A stretch of 64,000 nt of DNA from Acidobacteriota bacterium (lineage in GTDB: Bacteria > Acidobacteriota > Terriglobia > Terriglobales > Acidobacteriaceae). This document shows positions 27,484 to 37,416 of the stretch, one piece after another (the first letter of the stretch is position 1; the number at the start of each line of letters is the position of its first letter). Location of the stretch: contig QIAB01000046.1 of the NCBI GenBank assembly GCA_003225455.1, forward strand, positions 9,946 to 73,945, read 5' to 3'. The notes under the pieces are model-generated. The model was not told the DNA's origin and did not search any database. It saw only the letters and a list, made by a program, of their open reading frames with translations. Both the position numbers and the translations under genes were made by a program.

Positions 27484-28422
27484 TTGAAGTCTCTTTCCAC
27501 TCCTTATAACTCTGCGCATCACAAGTTCGCGGTGTTCACGGCATGCTCGACGTTTGTTCTCATAATCGCCGGGGCATTGGTCACCAGCAACGATGCGGGT
27601 CTTTCCGTTCCTGACTGGCCAACTTCGTTCGGATCCATCTACAAAATTCCGCACCTGGTCGGCGGGGTGAAGTTTGAGCACACGCACCGGATGATTGCGC
27701 AGTTTGTAGGACTACTGACCATCATCATCGCGATCTGGACCTGGCGCACCGAGCGGCGGCGCTGGATGAAATACCTGGGCATAGCCGCCTTGGGGACGGT
27801 AATTGCCCAGGGGATTCTGGGTGGTCTGACGGTGCTGTTTTATCTTCCGCCGCCAATTTCTTCCGCCCACGCTGCGCTGGCACAGACATTCTTTTGCATA
27901 GCTGTTTGTATCGCCCTCTTTACGGGACCGCGGTGGGTGGAAGAGGTTCCGCGGGTTGAGGCTGATGCTGGCAAGCCTAGCCTGATTACGCTGACTTTGC
28001 TTTCAATTTTCGTACTCTACGTGCAATTGATAGTCGGCGCGATGTTCCGCCACCATGGGATGAGCTGGTGGCCGCATGTAGTGAATGCGCCAATGGTGGC
28101 GGTGGTTCTGACCTGGACCTCCATTCGCGCCTTGTTTTTGTATTCGAGGATCGAAGCGATTCGCCGCCCTGCAGTGATCATGCTGGCCCTGCTGATCGCG
28201 CAGCTATGCCTTGGATTCCTCGCTTTTGTCACTCGCGTTGCCTGGGGGCATGATGCGGTTCAGCCCGAACTACCGATGGTGATCTCGACGGTAGCGCACG
28301 TCGCAGTCGGCGCGCTGCTGCTGGCAACTGCTGTTGTGCTGGCGATTCAAGTGTGGCGCCATGTGCCGATCGCATTTGAAGAGAGCATTCCGGTCAGGTC
28401 ACGAGACCCGGTAACTGCATGA
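27484..28422 (+). CDS. ctaA: Haem A synthase (COX15/CtaA family)
   Basis: 312 aa, about 8 TM, FAVFTACSTFVLIIAGALVTS and conserved His-bearing helices. TTG start is uncertain. Confidence 0.75.
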   Translation: MKSLSTPYNSAHHKFAVFTACSTFVLIIAGALVTSNDAGLSVPDWPTSFGSIYKIPHLVGGVKFEHTHRMIAQFVGLLTIIIAIWTWRTERRRWMKYLGIAALGTVIAQGILGGLTVLFYLPPPISSAHAALAQTFFCIAVCIALFTGPRWVEEVPRVEADAGKPSLITLTLLSIFVLYVQLIVGAMFRHHGMSWWPHVVNAPMVAVVLTWTSIRALFLYSRIEAIRRPAVIMLALLIAQLCLGFLAFVTRVAWGHDAVQPELPMVISTVAHVAVGALLLATAVVLAIQVWRHVPIAFEESIPVRSRDPVTA

Positions 28423-28471
28423 GTGGCAGATCACGTTCAAGCCGAGGACGCTGGCTGCTGTAGAATATCGT

Positions 28472-29488
28472 GTGGCTTCCAAGGCTCCGACCTACACTCT
28501 GGACGCAATTGAAAAAGAGATAGCCCGTCCCACCTCTGCGGTCATTTCTGTTCAGGACCTGGTGCACCGTTACGAGGACCGCGTTGCGCTGAACGGAGTC
28601 TCCTTCGATGTGTGTCCCGCAGAGCTCTTCGGATTGCTGGGGCCAAACGGCAGCGGCAAGACCACACTCTTTCGTATTCTCTCCACCTTAATGATCCCAA
28701 GTGGCGGACGCGCTTTGATAATGGGTCACGATGCCGCCAGAGATCCCAACGGTTTGCGGCGCCGGATCGGCGTTGTATTTCAGGCGCAGAGCATCGACCT
28801 GAAGCTAACTGCGGCGGAGAATCTGCGGCACCAAGGCCATCTATATGGGCTGCGCGGAGCAGCTTTGAAATCGCGCATTGCGGAAATGCTGGCGCGAGTG
28901 GGGTTGGCAGATCGCGCACGGGAAAAAGCCGAGACGTTTTCCGGCGGAATGCAGCGTCGGCTGGAACTGGCCAAGGGGTTACTTCATCATCCGTCTGTGT
29001 TGCTGCTGGATGAGCCTACAACCGGGCTCGATCCCGGCGCGAGGCGCGATCTTTGGCAGTATCTTCAGATTCTTCGTGACGAAGAACGAGTCACAGTGAT
29101 CGTCACTACGCATTTGATGGAGGAAGCCGAACGTTGCGATCGGCTCGCAATTCTCAATGAAGGAAAGCTGGTGGCGCTCGGCACCCCTGCCGATCTGAAG
29201 CAGGAGATTGGCGGCGATGTCATTTGGATTGAGGCCACGCGTGATGCGCAGGAACTAGCGGCGCGCATCGCTAGTCGTTTTCGCGTGAACGCGACTGCGC
29301 TCGGGAACGAAGATCGCGGCAGCAAGATTCGCGTAGAACGGGAGAACGGACATCGCTTCATTGCAGAACTGGCGGAGGCTTTTCCCGGCGAGATTCAATC
29401 CATGTCGGTGAGCAAGCCCACCCTGGAGGACGTATTTATCCATCGCACGGGGCATAGGTTTTGGACGGAGGAGGATAACGCGAAGTAG
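28472..29488 (+). CDS. ABC transporter ATP-binding protein (ABC-2/DrrA-like)
   Basis: Walker A GPNGSGKTT, signature FSGGMQRR, Walker B LLLDEPTTGLD. Confidence 0.9.
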   Translation: MASKAPTYTLDAIEKEIARPTSAVISVQDLVHRYEDRVALNGVSFDVCPAELFGLLGPNGSGKTTLFRILSTLMIPSGGRALIMGHDAARDPNGLRRRIGVVFQAQSIDLKLTAAENLRHQGHLYGLRGAALKSRIAEMLARVGLADRAREKAETFSGGMQRRLELAKGLLHHPSVLLLDEPTTGLDPGARRDLWQYLQILRDEERVTVIVTTHLMEEAERCDRLAILNEGKLVALGTPADLKQEIGGDVIWIEATRDAQELAARIASRFRVNATALGNEDRGSKIRVERENGHRFIAELAEAFPGEIQSMSVSKPTLEDVFIHRTGHRFWTEEDNAK

Positions 29489-29504
29489 GTTCCCTCTGCC
29501 GCTG

Positions 29505-29740
29505 AAAGCTCTTAACCGCAAGGGTCGCGAAGGATCCGCTAAGATCGCTAAGAAGCAGCAGAGAAAAAGGTTTTCTCCGCGCACTTTGCGGTACCTTGGC
29601 GCTCTCTGCGCTTAAAAAGCTCTCAACCGCTAAGGCCGCGAAGGATCCGCTAAGATCGCAAAGAAGAACAACAGAAAAAGGCTTTCTCCGCGCACTTCGC
29701 GTATCTTGGCGCTCTTTGCGGTTAAAAAGCTCTTAGCGCG
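29505..29740. repeat. Tandem 111-nt palindromic (MITE/REP-like) element, 2.1 copies
   Basis: Units at 29505-29614 and 29616-29725, plus the start of a third. Each begins aaagctcttaaccgcaagggtcgcgaaggatccgctaagatcgc and ends in the near reverse complement ..ccttggcgctctttgcggttaa. Confidence 0.85.
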
Positions 29741-29785
29741 GAGATGCAAACGATGCATTAAGATCCCAAGAAAGTACAAACCGCA

Positions 29786-30610
29786 ATGGCAACACAAACA
29801 GCAACCTTGGTCGCGCAATCTTCGCCTCTCACCGGAGTTTCACTTCCCGCCTTCACGCTATGGTGGCGGGAAGTGGTGCGCTTCTATCGACAGCGCACGC
29901 GAGTAGTGGGCGTCATCGCTTCGCCTGTCGTATTCTGGCTGGTCATCGGATCGGGATTTGGCAGTTCGTTCCGCTCGGGCGATGCAGCCGGGCAGCAGCA
30001 TTATCTCGATTACTTCTATCCCGGCGCGCTGATCATGATCGTGCTGTTCACTTCGATCTTCACCATGATGTCGGTGATCGAAGATCGCAAAGAAGGATTT
30101 CTGCTCTCGGTGCTGGTTGCCCCCGTGCCACGCTCCGCGATAGTCCTTGGCAAAGTGCTGGGCGGAACCACTCTATCCGCGATTCAGGGCTTGATTTTTT
30201 TAGCCTTCGCTCCCTTGGTCGGAGTTCACGTAAGCCTTGGAGATTTTCTTCTGGTCGCGCTCACGGTCTTTCTGGTTTCCTTCGCGCTTACCGCTCTTGG
30301 CTTCGCAATCGCGTGGCCTATGGATTCGACGCAAGGCTTTCACGCGGTTATCAATTTATTTCTGATTCCTATCTGGCTACTCTCAGGCGCGCTCTTTCCG
30401 CTCGCGGGAGCTTCGGGATGGATTCGGCTTCTGATGCGCATCAATCCGCTGACTTATGGGGTTGAGGCACTGCGCAGTTTGCTCTATCCAGCGACCTCGG
30501 AGGCATTCCCGCTGGCGTCGTCTCTGGCGACGCTCATACTTTTCGCAGGCGCGATGTTTGGACTGTCCTTTCTGATGGTAAATCGCCGCACCACCAAGCC
30601 CGCCGCATGA
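29786..30610 (+). CDS. ABC-2 type transporter permease
   Basis: 274 aa, 6 TM, partner of the upstream ATPase. Confidence 0.85.
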   Translation: MATQTATLVAQSSPLTGVSLPAFTLWWREVVRFYRQRTRVVGVIASPVVFWLVIGSGFGSSFRSGDAAGQQHYLDYFYPGALIMIVLFTSIFTMMSVIEDRKEGFLLSVLVAPVPRSAIVLGKVLGGTTLSAIQGLIFLAFAPLVGVHVSLGDFLLVALTVFLVSFALTALGFAIAWPMDSTQGFHAVINLFLIPIWLLSGALFPLAGASGWIRLLMRINPLTYGVEALRSLLYPATSEAFPLASSLATLILFAGAMFGLSFLMVNRRTTKPAA

Positions 30611-31044
30611 TTCAGGTCCCTCCTCAATATGCGATTTTCCCAGTGATCAATGCTTCTTTGAACGGGACGAGCGCTGTGCTGCTGCTCACAGGCCATAACC
30701 TCATCAGGCGCGGACGGATGGCCGCCCACCGCGCGGTGATGATTACGGCGGTAATTACTTCTTCCCTGTTTCTGATTTCCTATCTCTACTATCACGCCCA
30801 CGTGGGTTCGGTTCGATTTCAAGGACACGGCTGGTCCCGCCCGCTATACTTCACGATCTTGATTTCGCACACGATTTTGGCGGCAGCAATTGTGCCGCTG
30901 GTGATCATCACTTTAAGCCGTGCGCTGCGCGAGCGCTTCGATCGCCATCGCGCAATTGCCCGCTGGACCTATCCATTGTGGCTGTATGTTTCAGTGACCG
31001 GGGTTGTGATTTACGTGATGCTCTATCACCTGTTTGCTGCATGA
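30607..31044 (+). CDS. DUF420 family membrane protein (CtaM-like)
   Basis: 145 aa, 4 TM. Start overlaps the permease stop (ATGA). This family is commonly linked to haem-copper oxidase genes. Confidence 0.7.
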   Translation: MIQVPPQYAIFPVINASLNGTSAVLLLTGHNLIRRGRMAAHRAVMITAVITSSLFLISYLYYHAHVGSVRFQGHGWSRPLYFTILISHTILAAAIVPLVIITLSRALRERFDRHRAIARWTYPLWLYVSVTGVVIYVMLYHLFAA

Positions 31045-31115
31045 GTTGTGGGATCCCTTCGTGTACCTTCGTGTTCTTTGTAGTACTAGCTCTTGACGAC
31101 GAAGGAGCCAACGCG

Positions 31116-31385
31116 ATGGCGACGGTGAAGTTGAAAATCGATGTTTCCGGCACGGTAGGCGACGAAGCCTGGCGCAAGCTTCGGCAGTTCGATGAAATCC
31201 AGAGCGCCGATTTTGGTCCTCAGTTCGGCAGCGGCGGACGCTGCAACCACGCGCTCGATGCGCCGCACGGTAAAGGCGAATGGATCGGCGCCGAAATCCG
31301 GCTCCAGACGCCACTTTTGGCGCAATACGCAGTTTCGCATTATTTAGAGCAGGATCGGGTGCTCGATGCGGATGTCGTCGAGTGA
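31116..31385 (+). CDS. Hypothetical small protein (89 aa)
   Basis: ATG 31116 with GAAGGAG 8 nt upstream. The longer ORF from 30978 overlaps DUF420. Confidence 0.45.
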   Translation: MATVKLKIDVSGTVGDEAWRKLRQFDEIQSADFGPQFGSGGRCNHALDAPHGKGEWIGAEIRLQTPLLAQYAVSHYLEQDRVLDADVVE

Positions 31386-31690
31386 GCTCAAAAGAATTTA
31401 GCTGCAAGTTCGCTGAACCCCGCGGCCAACGCGGAGAAAATATCCCCCTCGCCGCGCCTTCGGGTCTTGTGCGCTTAAAGGATTTCGCGGCCCTGCCTCC
31501 ATTCGATCAGACCTCTTATTATTCCTCGTAGTTGGAATCTGAACTAACTATTTTGCCCTTCCTCATGATGCTGCTCTAGCATCCTGCTCAATCGGTTAAC
31601 AATTTCTCACAACGTTGCAAAGCGCACTAAGAAATCCAGTTTCCTTTGCGCCGCCGCTTCGTACAAATCAGCCTTGGGGAGGATCCAGCC

Positions 31691-33520
31691 GTGCGATTTC
31701 GAATCTTTTTGTTGGCCTTCATTACACTTCTCATCTTCAACATTCTCGCTGCTACTGCGACGGCGCAGTCAGACAATCGTTACTGCGGCGTTGGTAGTGT
31801 GCCCAAGTTCGGAGCCACGCAAGACGGCCCTGCGCAGCTTCCTAAATCGTGCCTTTATACCGCGATTTCAGGCACTCCCTCGCCTGGACAGGTTCATCAA
31901 GTATTGGCTGGACAAAACTTGCAGACCGCTCTCAACAGCGCGCAATGCGGGGACACAGTTGTGTTGCAAGCCGGCGCAACCTTCAGCGGTTCATTCACGC
32001 TGCCAGCGAAGGCCTGTGACAACCAGCACTGGATTACCATCCGCAGCAGCGCCCTTGGCAGCCTGCCGCCTGAGGGCACACGCGTCACGCCGTGCTACGC
32101 CGGCGTTAGCTCGCTTCCAGGGAGACCGTCGTTTCATTGTTCGAGCACGCAGCGAGTTCTGCCTAAGATCATTTATCCCTATTCCTATGCCGCCGCCTCT
32201 GGACCTATCAGCTTGGCTCCTGGCGCAAATCATTACCGCCTTATCGGCCTGGAGATCACGAGGGCGGCAAGAACAGCGAGTATGACGGCTCTAGTCATCG
32301 TGCGTTCGCAGGGCATAGCGAATCACATCGTTATCGACCGTTCATGGCTGCATGGAACAAGCCAGGATGAGACTGCGACCGGAGTCACGCTCTCCGGGAC
32401 CACCTACTTTGGGATCGTTGATTCTTTTTTCACTGACTTTCATTGTGTATCCGTGACTGGGATTTGCACCGACGCGCACGCCATCAGCGGCGGGAGCGGC
32501 AGTTCCGTGAATGGACCATTTAAGATCGTCAACAATTTCCTGGAGGGCGCAGCGGAGGTAGTCCTGTTCGGGGGGTCTGCATCGACGACCACGCCAGCAG
32601 ACATCGAAATCCGGCGCAATTACATGTTCAAGCCGATGATCTGGAAATTAGGCTCGCCTGGATATGTGGGCGGAACATCGGGGAATCCTTTTATCGTAAA
32701 GAATCATTTCGAGCTCAAGAATGCGCAGCGTGTGCTGTTTGAGGGAAATGTACTGGAAAATAATTGGGGCGGCTTCAGTCAAAACGGATTTTCCATTGTT
32801 CTGACCCCAAAAAATCAATTTCTTGGCAACGCGAATGTCTGCCCGTTATGCCAAGTCACGGACGTGACAATTCGCTACACCAAGATCACTAATACGGGTG
32901 CCGGAATTTCGATGGCGAATGTCCTTTCGGATGGCGGCGGAATGGCGTCAGCAGGAGAGCGGTACAGCATCCACGACGTGACTCTGGATGGCGTCGACGC
33001 CAAGCAACTGAACGGGAGCGGCACATTGATTTCCATCCTGAATGACTGGCCCACAAATGTCCTTAACAGTATTCGCATAAACCACATCACGGGTTTTCCT
33101 GACCCGGGAAAGCACCTGCTTACGGTCGAGGACAAAGTAAGCAATCCGAAAATGTGGGGCCTCCAGTTCACTAATAACGTGGTGCTCGCGGGCGAGTTCC
33201 CGGTGTGGTCCGCTGCTGGAGTGGACGACTGCGCTCATGCTGATATTCCAATCACTAGTCTCTCCACGTGCTTCAGCAGCTACACTTTTGTTAAGAATGC
33301 CATTATTGCCAGCCCATCTGCTTATCCGCCTTCAAAATGGCCTGCGGGAAATTATTTTCCAATCGACGCGGGCGCGGTTGAATTCGTGAGTTTCAGCGAT
33401 GCAAGCGGAGGCAATTATCAGCTTCTTGCCTCAAGTCCGTTCGATAACGTGGGCTCGGATGGCAAAAATCTGGGCGCAGACATGAATGCTTTGAACGGCG
33501 CTATTGCTGGAGTTGAATGA
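31691..33520 (+). CDS. Secreted right-handed beta-helix (pectate-lyase-fold-like) protein
   Basis: GTG 31691 with GGAGGA 8 nt upstream gives signal peptide MRFRIFLLAFITLLIFNILAATATAQ. Repetitive short-strand pattern. Confidence 0.6.
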   Translation: MRFRIFLLAFITLLIFNILAATATAQSDNRYCGVGSVPKFGATQDGPAQLPKSCLYTAISGTPSPGQVHQVLAGQNLQTALNSAQCGDTVVLQAGATFSGSFTLPAKACDNQHWITIRSSALGSLPPEGTRVTPCYAGVSSLPGRPSFHCSSTQRVLPKIIYPYSYAAASGPISLAPGANHYRLIGLEITRAARTASMTALVIVRSQGIANHIVIDRSWLHGTSQDETATGVTLSGTTYFGIVDSFFTDFHCVSVTGICTDAHAISGGSGSSVNGPFKIVNNFLEGAAEVVLFGGSASTTTPADIEIRRNYMFKPMIWKLGSPGYVGGTSGNPFIVKNHFELKNAQRVLFEGNVLENNWGGFSQNGFSIVLTPKNQFLGNANVCPLCQVTDVTIRYTKITNTGAGISMANVLSDGGGMASAGERYSIHDVTLDGVDAKQLNGSGTLISILNDWPTNVLNSIRINHITGFPDPGKHLLTVEDKVSNPKMWGLQFTNNVVLAGEFPVWSAAGVDDCAHADIPITSLSTCFSSYTFVKNAIIASPSAYPPSKWPAGNYFPIDAGAVEFVSFSDASGGNYQLLASSPFDNVGSDGKNLGADMNALNGAIAGVE

Positions 33521-33836
33521 ATCCTGCGCGTTATCAGCTGGTCTTTCTCAACGGATTGGCGACACAGCTGATAGCGGGAAACTTTCAGGCAAATTGGAAA
33601 CGGAGGAGGACGCTCTTCTGCCCTCCCCGTTTGTCTTTCACTTCCCGCGGGTGCGGGAGGTAAAGTTATTATCACTTACGTTATCACCTGTCTGTCAAGT
33701 CAGGGAACCGGCGTTGCGGAGCTCGTACAGGATTTCCTGTATTCAAGCCGAGCGGAATTGCCACACCATAGTGTCTCTTCGTCTCTCCTTCTGGGAATGC
33801 ATCATAAGACGATAGCGCGGAGGAGGACACCTAGGT

Positions 33837-35689
33837 TTGGCGCAGGCTGAGGTCAAAGGCGAGAAAGCAAAACAGAATGCATTGCTCCCGCGGGCGGTGG
33901 GGAGCAAGCCAAAGCGGCTGAGCATCCGGCAGCTTTTGAGCCCCCATGTGGGCGCCCTGAGTCTCGGACTCATTGCGGTAATGGGCGAGGGCGCGGCCAA
34001 TCTCCTGGAGCCTTGGCCTCTAAAGGTCGTTCTTGACGATGTCTTTAAGACCAGGCAAGTACATGGATGGCTGAACCGCATCATTTATTCGACCATCGGC
34101 TATGACAAAATTGCCATTCTCAAGTTCGCCTGCATCGCAGTCTTGGCGATTGCCGTACTGGATGCGATCTGTTCCTATGCCGAGAAATACTTAACCACCA
34201 GCGTCGGTCAATGGGTTACTCACGATTTGCGTCGCGTGCTGTATTCGCATATCCAACGTCTGTCTCTCGCCTATCACGATCACAAGCAGACTGGCGATCT
34301 AATCAGCCGCGTGACCAGCGACATTGATGCCATCCAGAGTTTTATCACTAGCGGGCTTCTCAGCACGCTGATCAACGTCATCACTCTGCTCGGCATGGTC
34401 ACGGTGATGTTCTACATCAATTGGCGCTTCACCTTGATTGCACTCTCGGTGGCTCCCTTTCTGTTCATGATTGGATCAAGAAAGCTTCGCGCGCGGTGCG
34501 CAAGAAAGAAGGAGAAATTGTCTCGGTTATCGAGGAAGTTCTCGGTTCGATTCGCGTGGTGAAAGCCTTCGCCCGCGAGGACTACGAGCTGCGGCGGTTG
34601 GAGGAGGAAAGCCTGGAAAGCGTAGAGATGAGCCTGCGTGCGCGGGGACTGAAGGCAAAATTGACACCCATCGTACAAATCATTGTTGCGGTTGGAACGG
34701 CTCTGGTTTTGTGGTTCGGTACCCGTATGGTGCTCAACACTACCCTTTCCGCCGGTTCGCTGATCGTCTTTATTTTGTATCTCGGAAAAATGTATAAGCC
34801 GATGCAGGAACTTTCCAAGATGACGGATGCATATTCGAAAGCTGCCGTCGGCTACGAACGGATTCAGGAGGTTTTGCAAACCGACAAAGAAGTAAAGGAT
34901 CTTCCCCGCGCGCGGCCAGCTCCACGTTTCAGAGGACAGATCGAGTTCGAGCACGTGGATTTCTATTACACCGATGACACCCCGATTCTGAAAGATGTGA
35001 GCCTGAAGATGGAAGCGGGACAGCTAGCCGCGCTCGTCGGTCCCACCGGTGCCGGGAAAACTACCATCATCAGCCTGATCCCTCGTTTTTATGACCCTAT
35101 CTCCGGAACTGTCAAAATCGACGGCACCGATGTGAAGCAGTTCCGGCAGAAATCGCTGCGCCACCAGATCAGCTTTGTTCTTCAAGAAACTGTCCTCTTC
35201 CATGCTCCGGTGTGGCAGAACATCGCATACGGGAAGCCAGAGGCGACGCGAGCGGAAATTCTGCGTGCGGCTGAATTGGCGAACGCGACTGAATTCATCG
35301 ATAAATTGCCGGATGGTTACAATACAGTCCTGGGCGAAGGCGGTATGACACTCTCGGGCGGCCAACGGCAGCGAATCGCCATTGCCCGCGCCATTATCCG
35401 TAACACTCCGATTCTGATTCTCGACGAGCCTACGTCCGATCTCGATGCGGCCTCGGAGAAGCTGGTATTCGATGCCCTCGATCGCTTAATGGAAGGCAAG
35501 ACCACCATCGTAATTGCCCACCGGTTATCAACTGTTCGGAAGGCAGATGTAATCTTCGTGGTTAAGGACGGCGATATTGTTGAAACCGGCACGCACGATG
35601 AACTGTTGCAGCGTGGCGGAGTGTACTCCGAACTGTACAAGCTCCAGTATGGCGAGCAATCGGAGGTAGAGGCTCCCGCGAGCCATTGA
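33837..35689 (+). pseudogene. ABC exporter (MsbA/type-1 exporter-like, fused TMD-NBD), frame-disrupted near 34470
   Basis: The TMD (33837-34562) and the rest plus NBD (34421-35689; GPTGAGKTT, LSGGQRQR, ILILDEPTS) are in different frames. The junction reads ..LSVAPFLFMI / WIKKASRAVRKKEGEI.. Confidence 0.75.
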
Positions 35690-35701
35690 ATTGCGCCCAG
35701 C

Positions 35702-36703
35702 TCAGAGCTTGTTCAGTTCGGCAATTCTTCCTTGGATCACTTCTGCGTAAGCTTCTGTTTCCTGCGGTGAGTATCCGGCGGAGCGAAAGGCGTCGCGAAT
35801 CTGCTCGGGCGAAAGCCGCGCGAGAATTTCTCCCATCCATTTTGCGTCTGCACGGGGAATGTGTTTGCCGATCCAATGGGTATGCACTATCGTGAAGAAC
35901 CAACCCAAATTGAAGAAGTACAGCAACGGAGGGCGCTTGGGGACGCTGAAATCCACGTAATCTGGTGCAATCTTGGTGATGAACTTGGAATGCCTGTAAG
36001 CCTTCAGGTTGTCCTTCGACATCGTGCTATTCCAGCTATAGCCGGTTTTGCCGAAAGAAGAGCCTAGATCGCTAACCAAATAGCGCTTCTCTGGAGGATC
36101 CGATTCCTGGTAGATCGAGTTATTTTCGTCGATGAGATCCCAATTATTGATGAGGGCCATCATGACGCGCAGGCCGTTGAGCTCGCGGGTGCCTCGAAAC
36201 GGATTTTGTTTCCACTTCCACCTGCCAATTTTCTTCTCACCTTGAATGCGTCGCTTGAGGCGAACGTTTGGGATGATGCCATTGGATCCGAGGAGATTCT
36301 GGCCCCGCTTTAGGTGCGACGGCATGTTCTCCACGGTAAGGCTGAAAACAAAATAATCTTCGTCCGTAAAATATCCGACGGCCCAGAGCAAGTGAGCTGC
36401 GGCAGTTTCAGGGCGGGCTTCGACGCCTAGCTTTGCCCTCCACTTCGTGCCGTCCTCGTCTCGAACATCGAATTTTGGGTTTGTGCCTCCTTTGTCTTCT
36501 TTGAGAAAAGTCATGATGCCGTGCGGCTGATCACGCTCGCCGCCAGCTCCATAGAAAAGATTGCGAGATGTAATATCACGGGGATCGCTCCACAGCACAG
36601 TTTGAGCATCCGCGGAATTATCTTTTCTTACCCTGGTTTCTGCCCCTGCGACAGAAGTCGCGAGCAGGAGAAACACAGTGAAACTAGCCGTCTTTCGGCG
36701 CAT
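35702..36703 (-). CDS. Secreted hypothetical protein with kinase-like catalytic-loop pattern
   Basis: Signal peptide from ATG 36703 (GGAGAGA upstream). Contains NNWDLIDENN ... VSDLGSSFG. Confidence 0.5.
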   Translation of the reverse strand: MRRKTASFTVFLLLATSVAGAETRVRKDNSADAQTVLWSDPRDITSRNLFYGAGGERDQPHGIMTFLKEDKGGTNPKFDVRDEDGTKWRAKLGVEARPETAAAHLLWAVGYFTDEDYFVFSLTVENMPSHLKRGQNLLGSNGIIPNVRLKRRIQGEKKIGRWKWKQNPFRGTRELNGLRVMMALINNWDLIDENNSIYQESDPPEKRYLVSDLGSSFGKTGYSWNSTMSKDNLKAYRHSKFITKIAPDYVDFSVPKRPPLLYFFNLGWFFTIVHTHWIGKHIPRADAKWMGEILARLSPEQIRDAFRSAGYSPQETEAYAEVIQGRIAELNKL

Positions 36704-36838
36704 TCTCTCTCTCCACGAAGCAGGGGTTAGATGCCAGTGTTTCGCACGAGAGTATTCAGCACGGTGACCTTGCCGCAGGCGCACGGGCATCTCTAACAAA
36801 CGCTGCGCATCTTACATTCGAGTTTCCCAGGAGATCCC

Positions 36839-37381
36839 ATGCACAGTGTTGTCGGAATCTTTGCTTCGTGCGCAGCCGCCGAGCAGGCCGTCAGAGAAAT
36901 GCTGGAAAGAGGAATTCCGCCGCAGTCGCTGATTTTCCTGACCCCTGAACAGGTTCAACCGCCGGTCGACCGAGTCCCAACAACTGATACAGAGCCTCAT
37001 GGAATGGGCAAGGCTATCGGCTCATTCGTGGGCGGAGTCGTCGGCGCGAGTGCCGGAGCAGGGCTTGGCAGTGCAGTCGCCAGCTTGGTTGTACCGGGGG
37101 TAGGACCGATTCTCGCGGCCGGGATTGGGGCCGCGTCGTTACTCGGCCTTGGTGGCGCAGTCGCAGGAGAAAAGATCGGCGATCGGTCCGAGAATGCTTT
37201 GGATGAAGGCGTGCCTCGAGACGATGTGCTTCTCTATCGCGAGTTGCTTAAGCGGCGGCGGACACTCGTAATCGCAAACCTGCATGCGGATGATTTGGCC
37301 GAAACAGCGCGTGTCGTCATGCAGCAGAATGGGTCGCAGGATATTGACGAAGCGCGAAGGGAAATTCGAAAGGCAGCGTGA
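36839..37381 (+). CDS. General-stress-protein-like (YflT-type ends) protein with glycine-zipper membrane segment
   Basis: MHSVVGIFAS..AEQAVREMLERGIP N-terminus and a Gly/Ala-rich hydrophobic core GAGLGSAVASLVVPGVGPILAAGIGAASLLGLGG. Confidence 0.5.
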   Translation: MHSVVGIFASCAAAEQAVREMLERGIPPQSLIFLTPEQVQPPVDRVPTTDTEPHGMGKAIGSFVGGVVGASAGAGLGSAVASLVVPGVGPILAAGIGAASLLGLGGAVAGEKIGDRSENALDEGVPRDDVLLYRELLKRRRTLVIANLHADDLAETARVVMQQNGSQDIDEARREIRKAA

Positions 37382-37416
37382 AGGATCATCCAGGCAGCGA
37401 GGTTTTCAGCACGCTA

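Noticed and set aside
29505-29740. Possible CRISPR array, based on regularly spaced repeats.
   Set aside because: There are only 2.1 contiguous 111-nt units with no unique spacers between them. The units are long palindromes, and no cas genes or leader are present.
31646-31690. The ORF-track start of the beta-helix protein.
   Set aside because: GTG 31691 has a strong GGAGGA site and yields a clean signal peptide. The 15 upstream codons are Arg-rich and unlikely to be translated.
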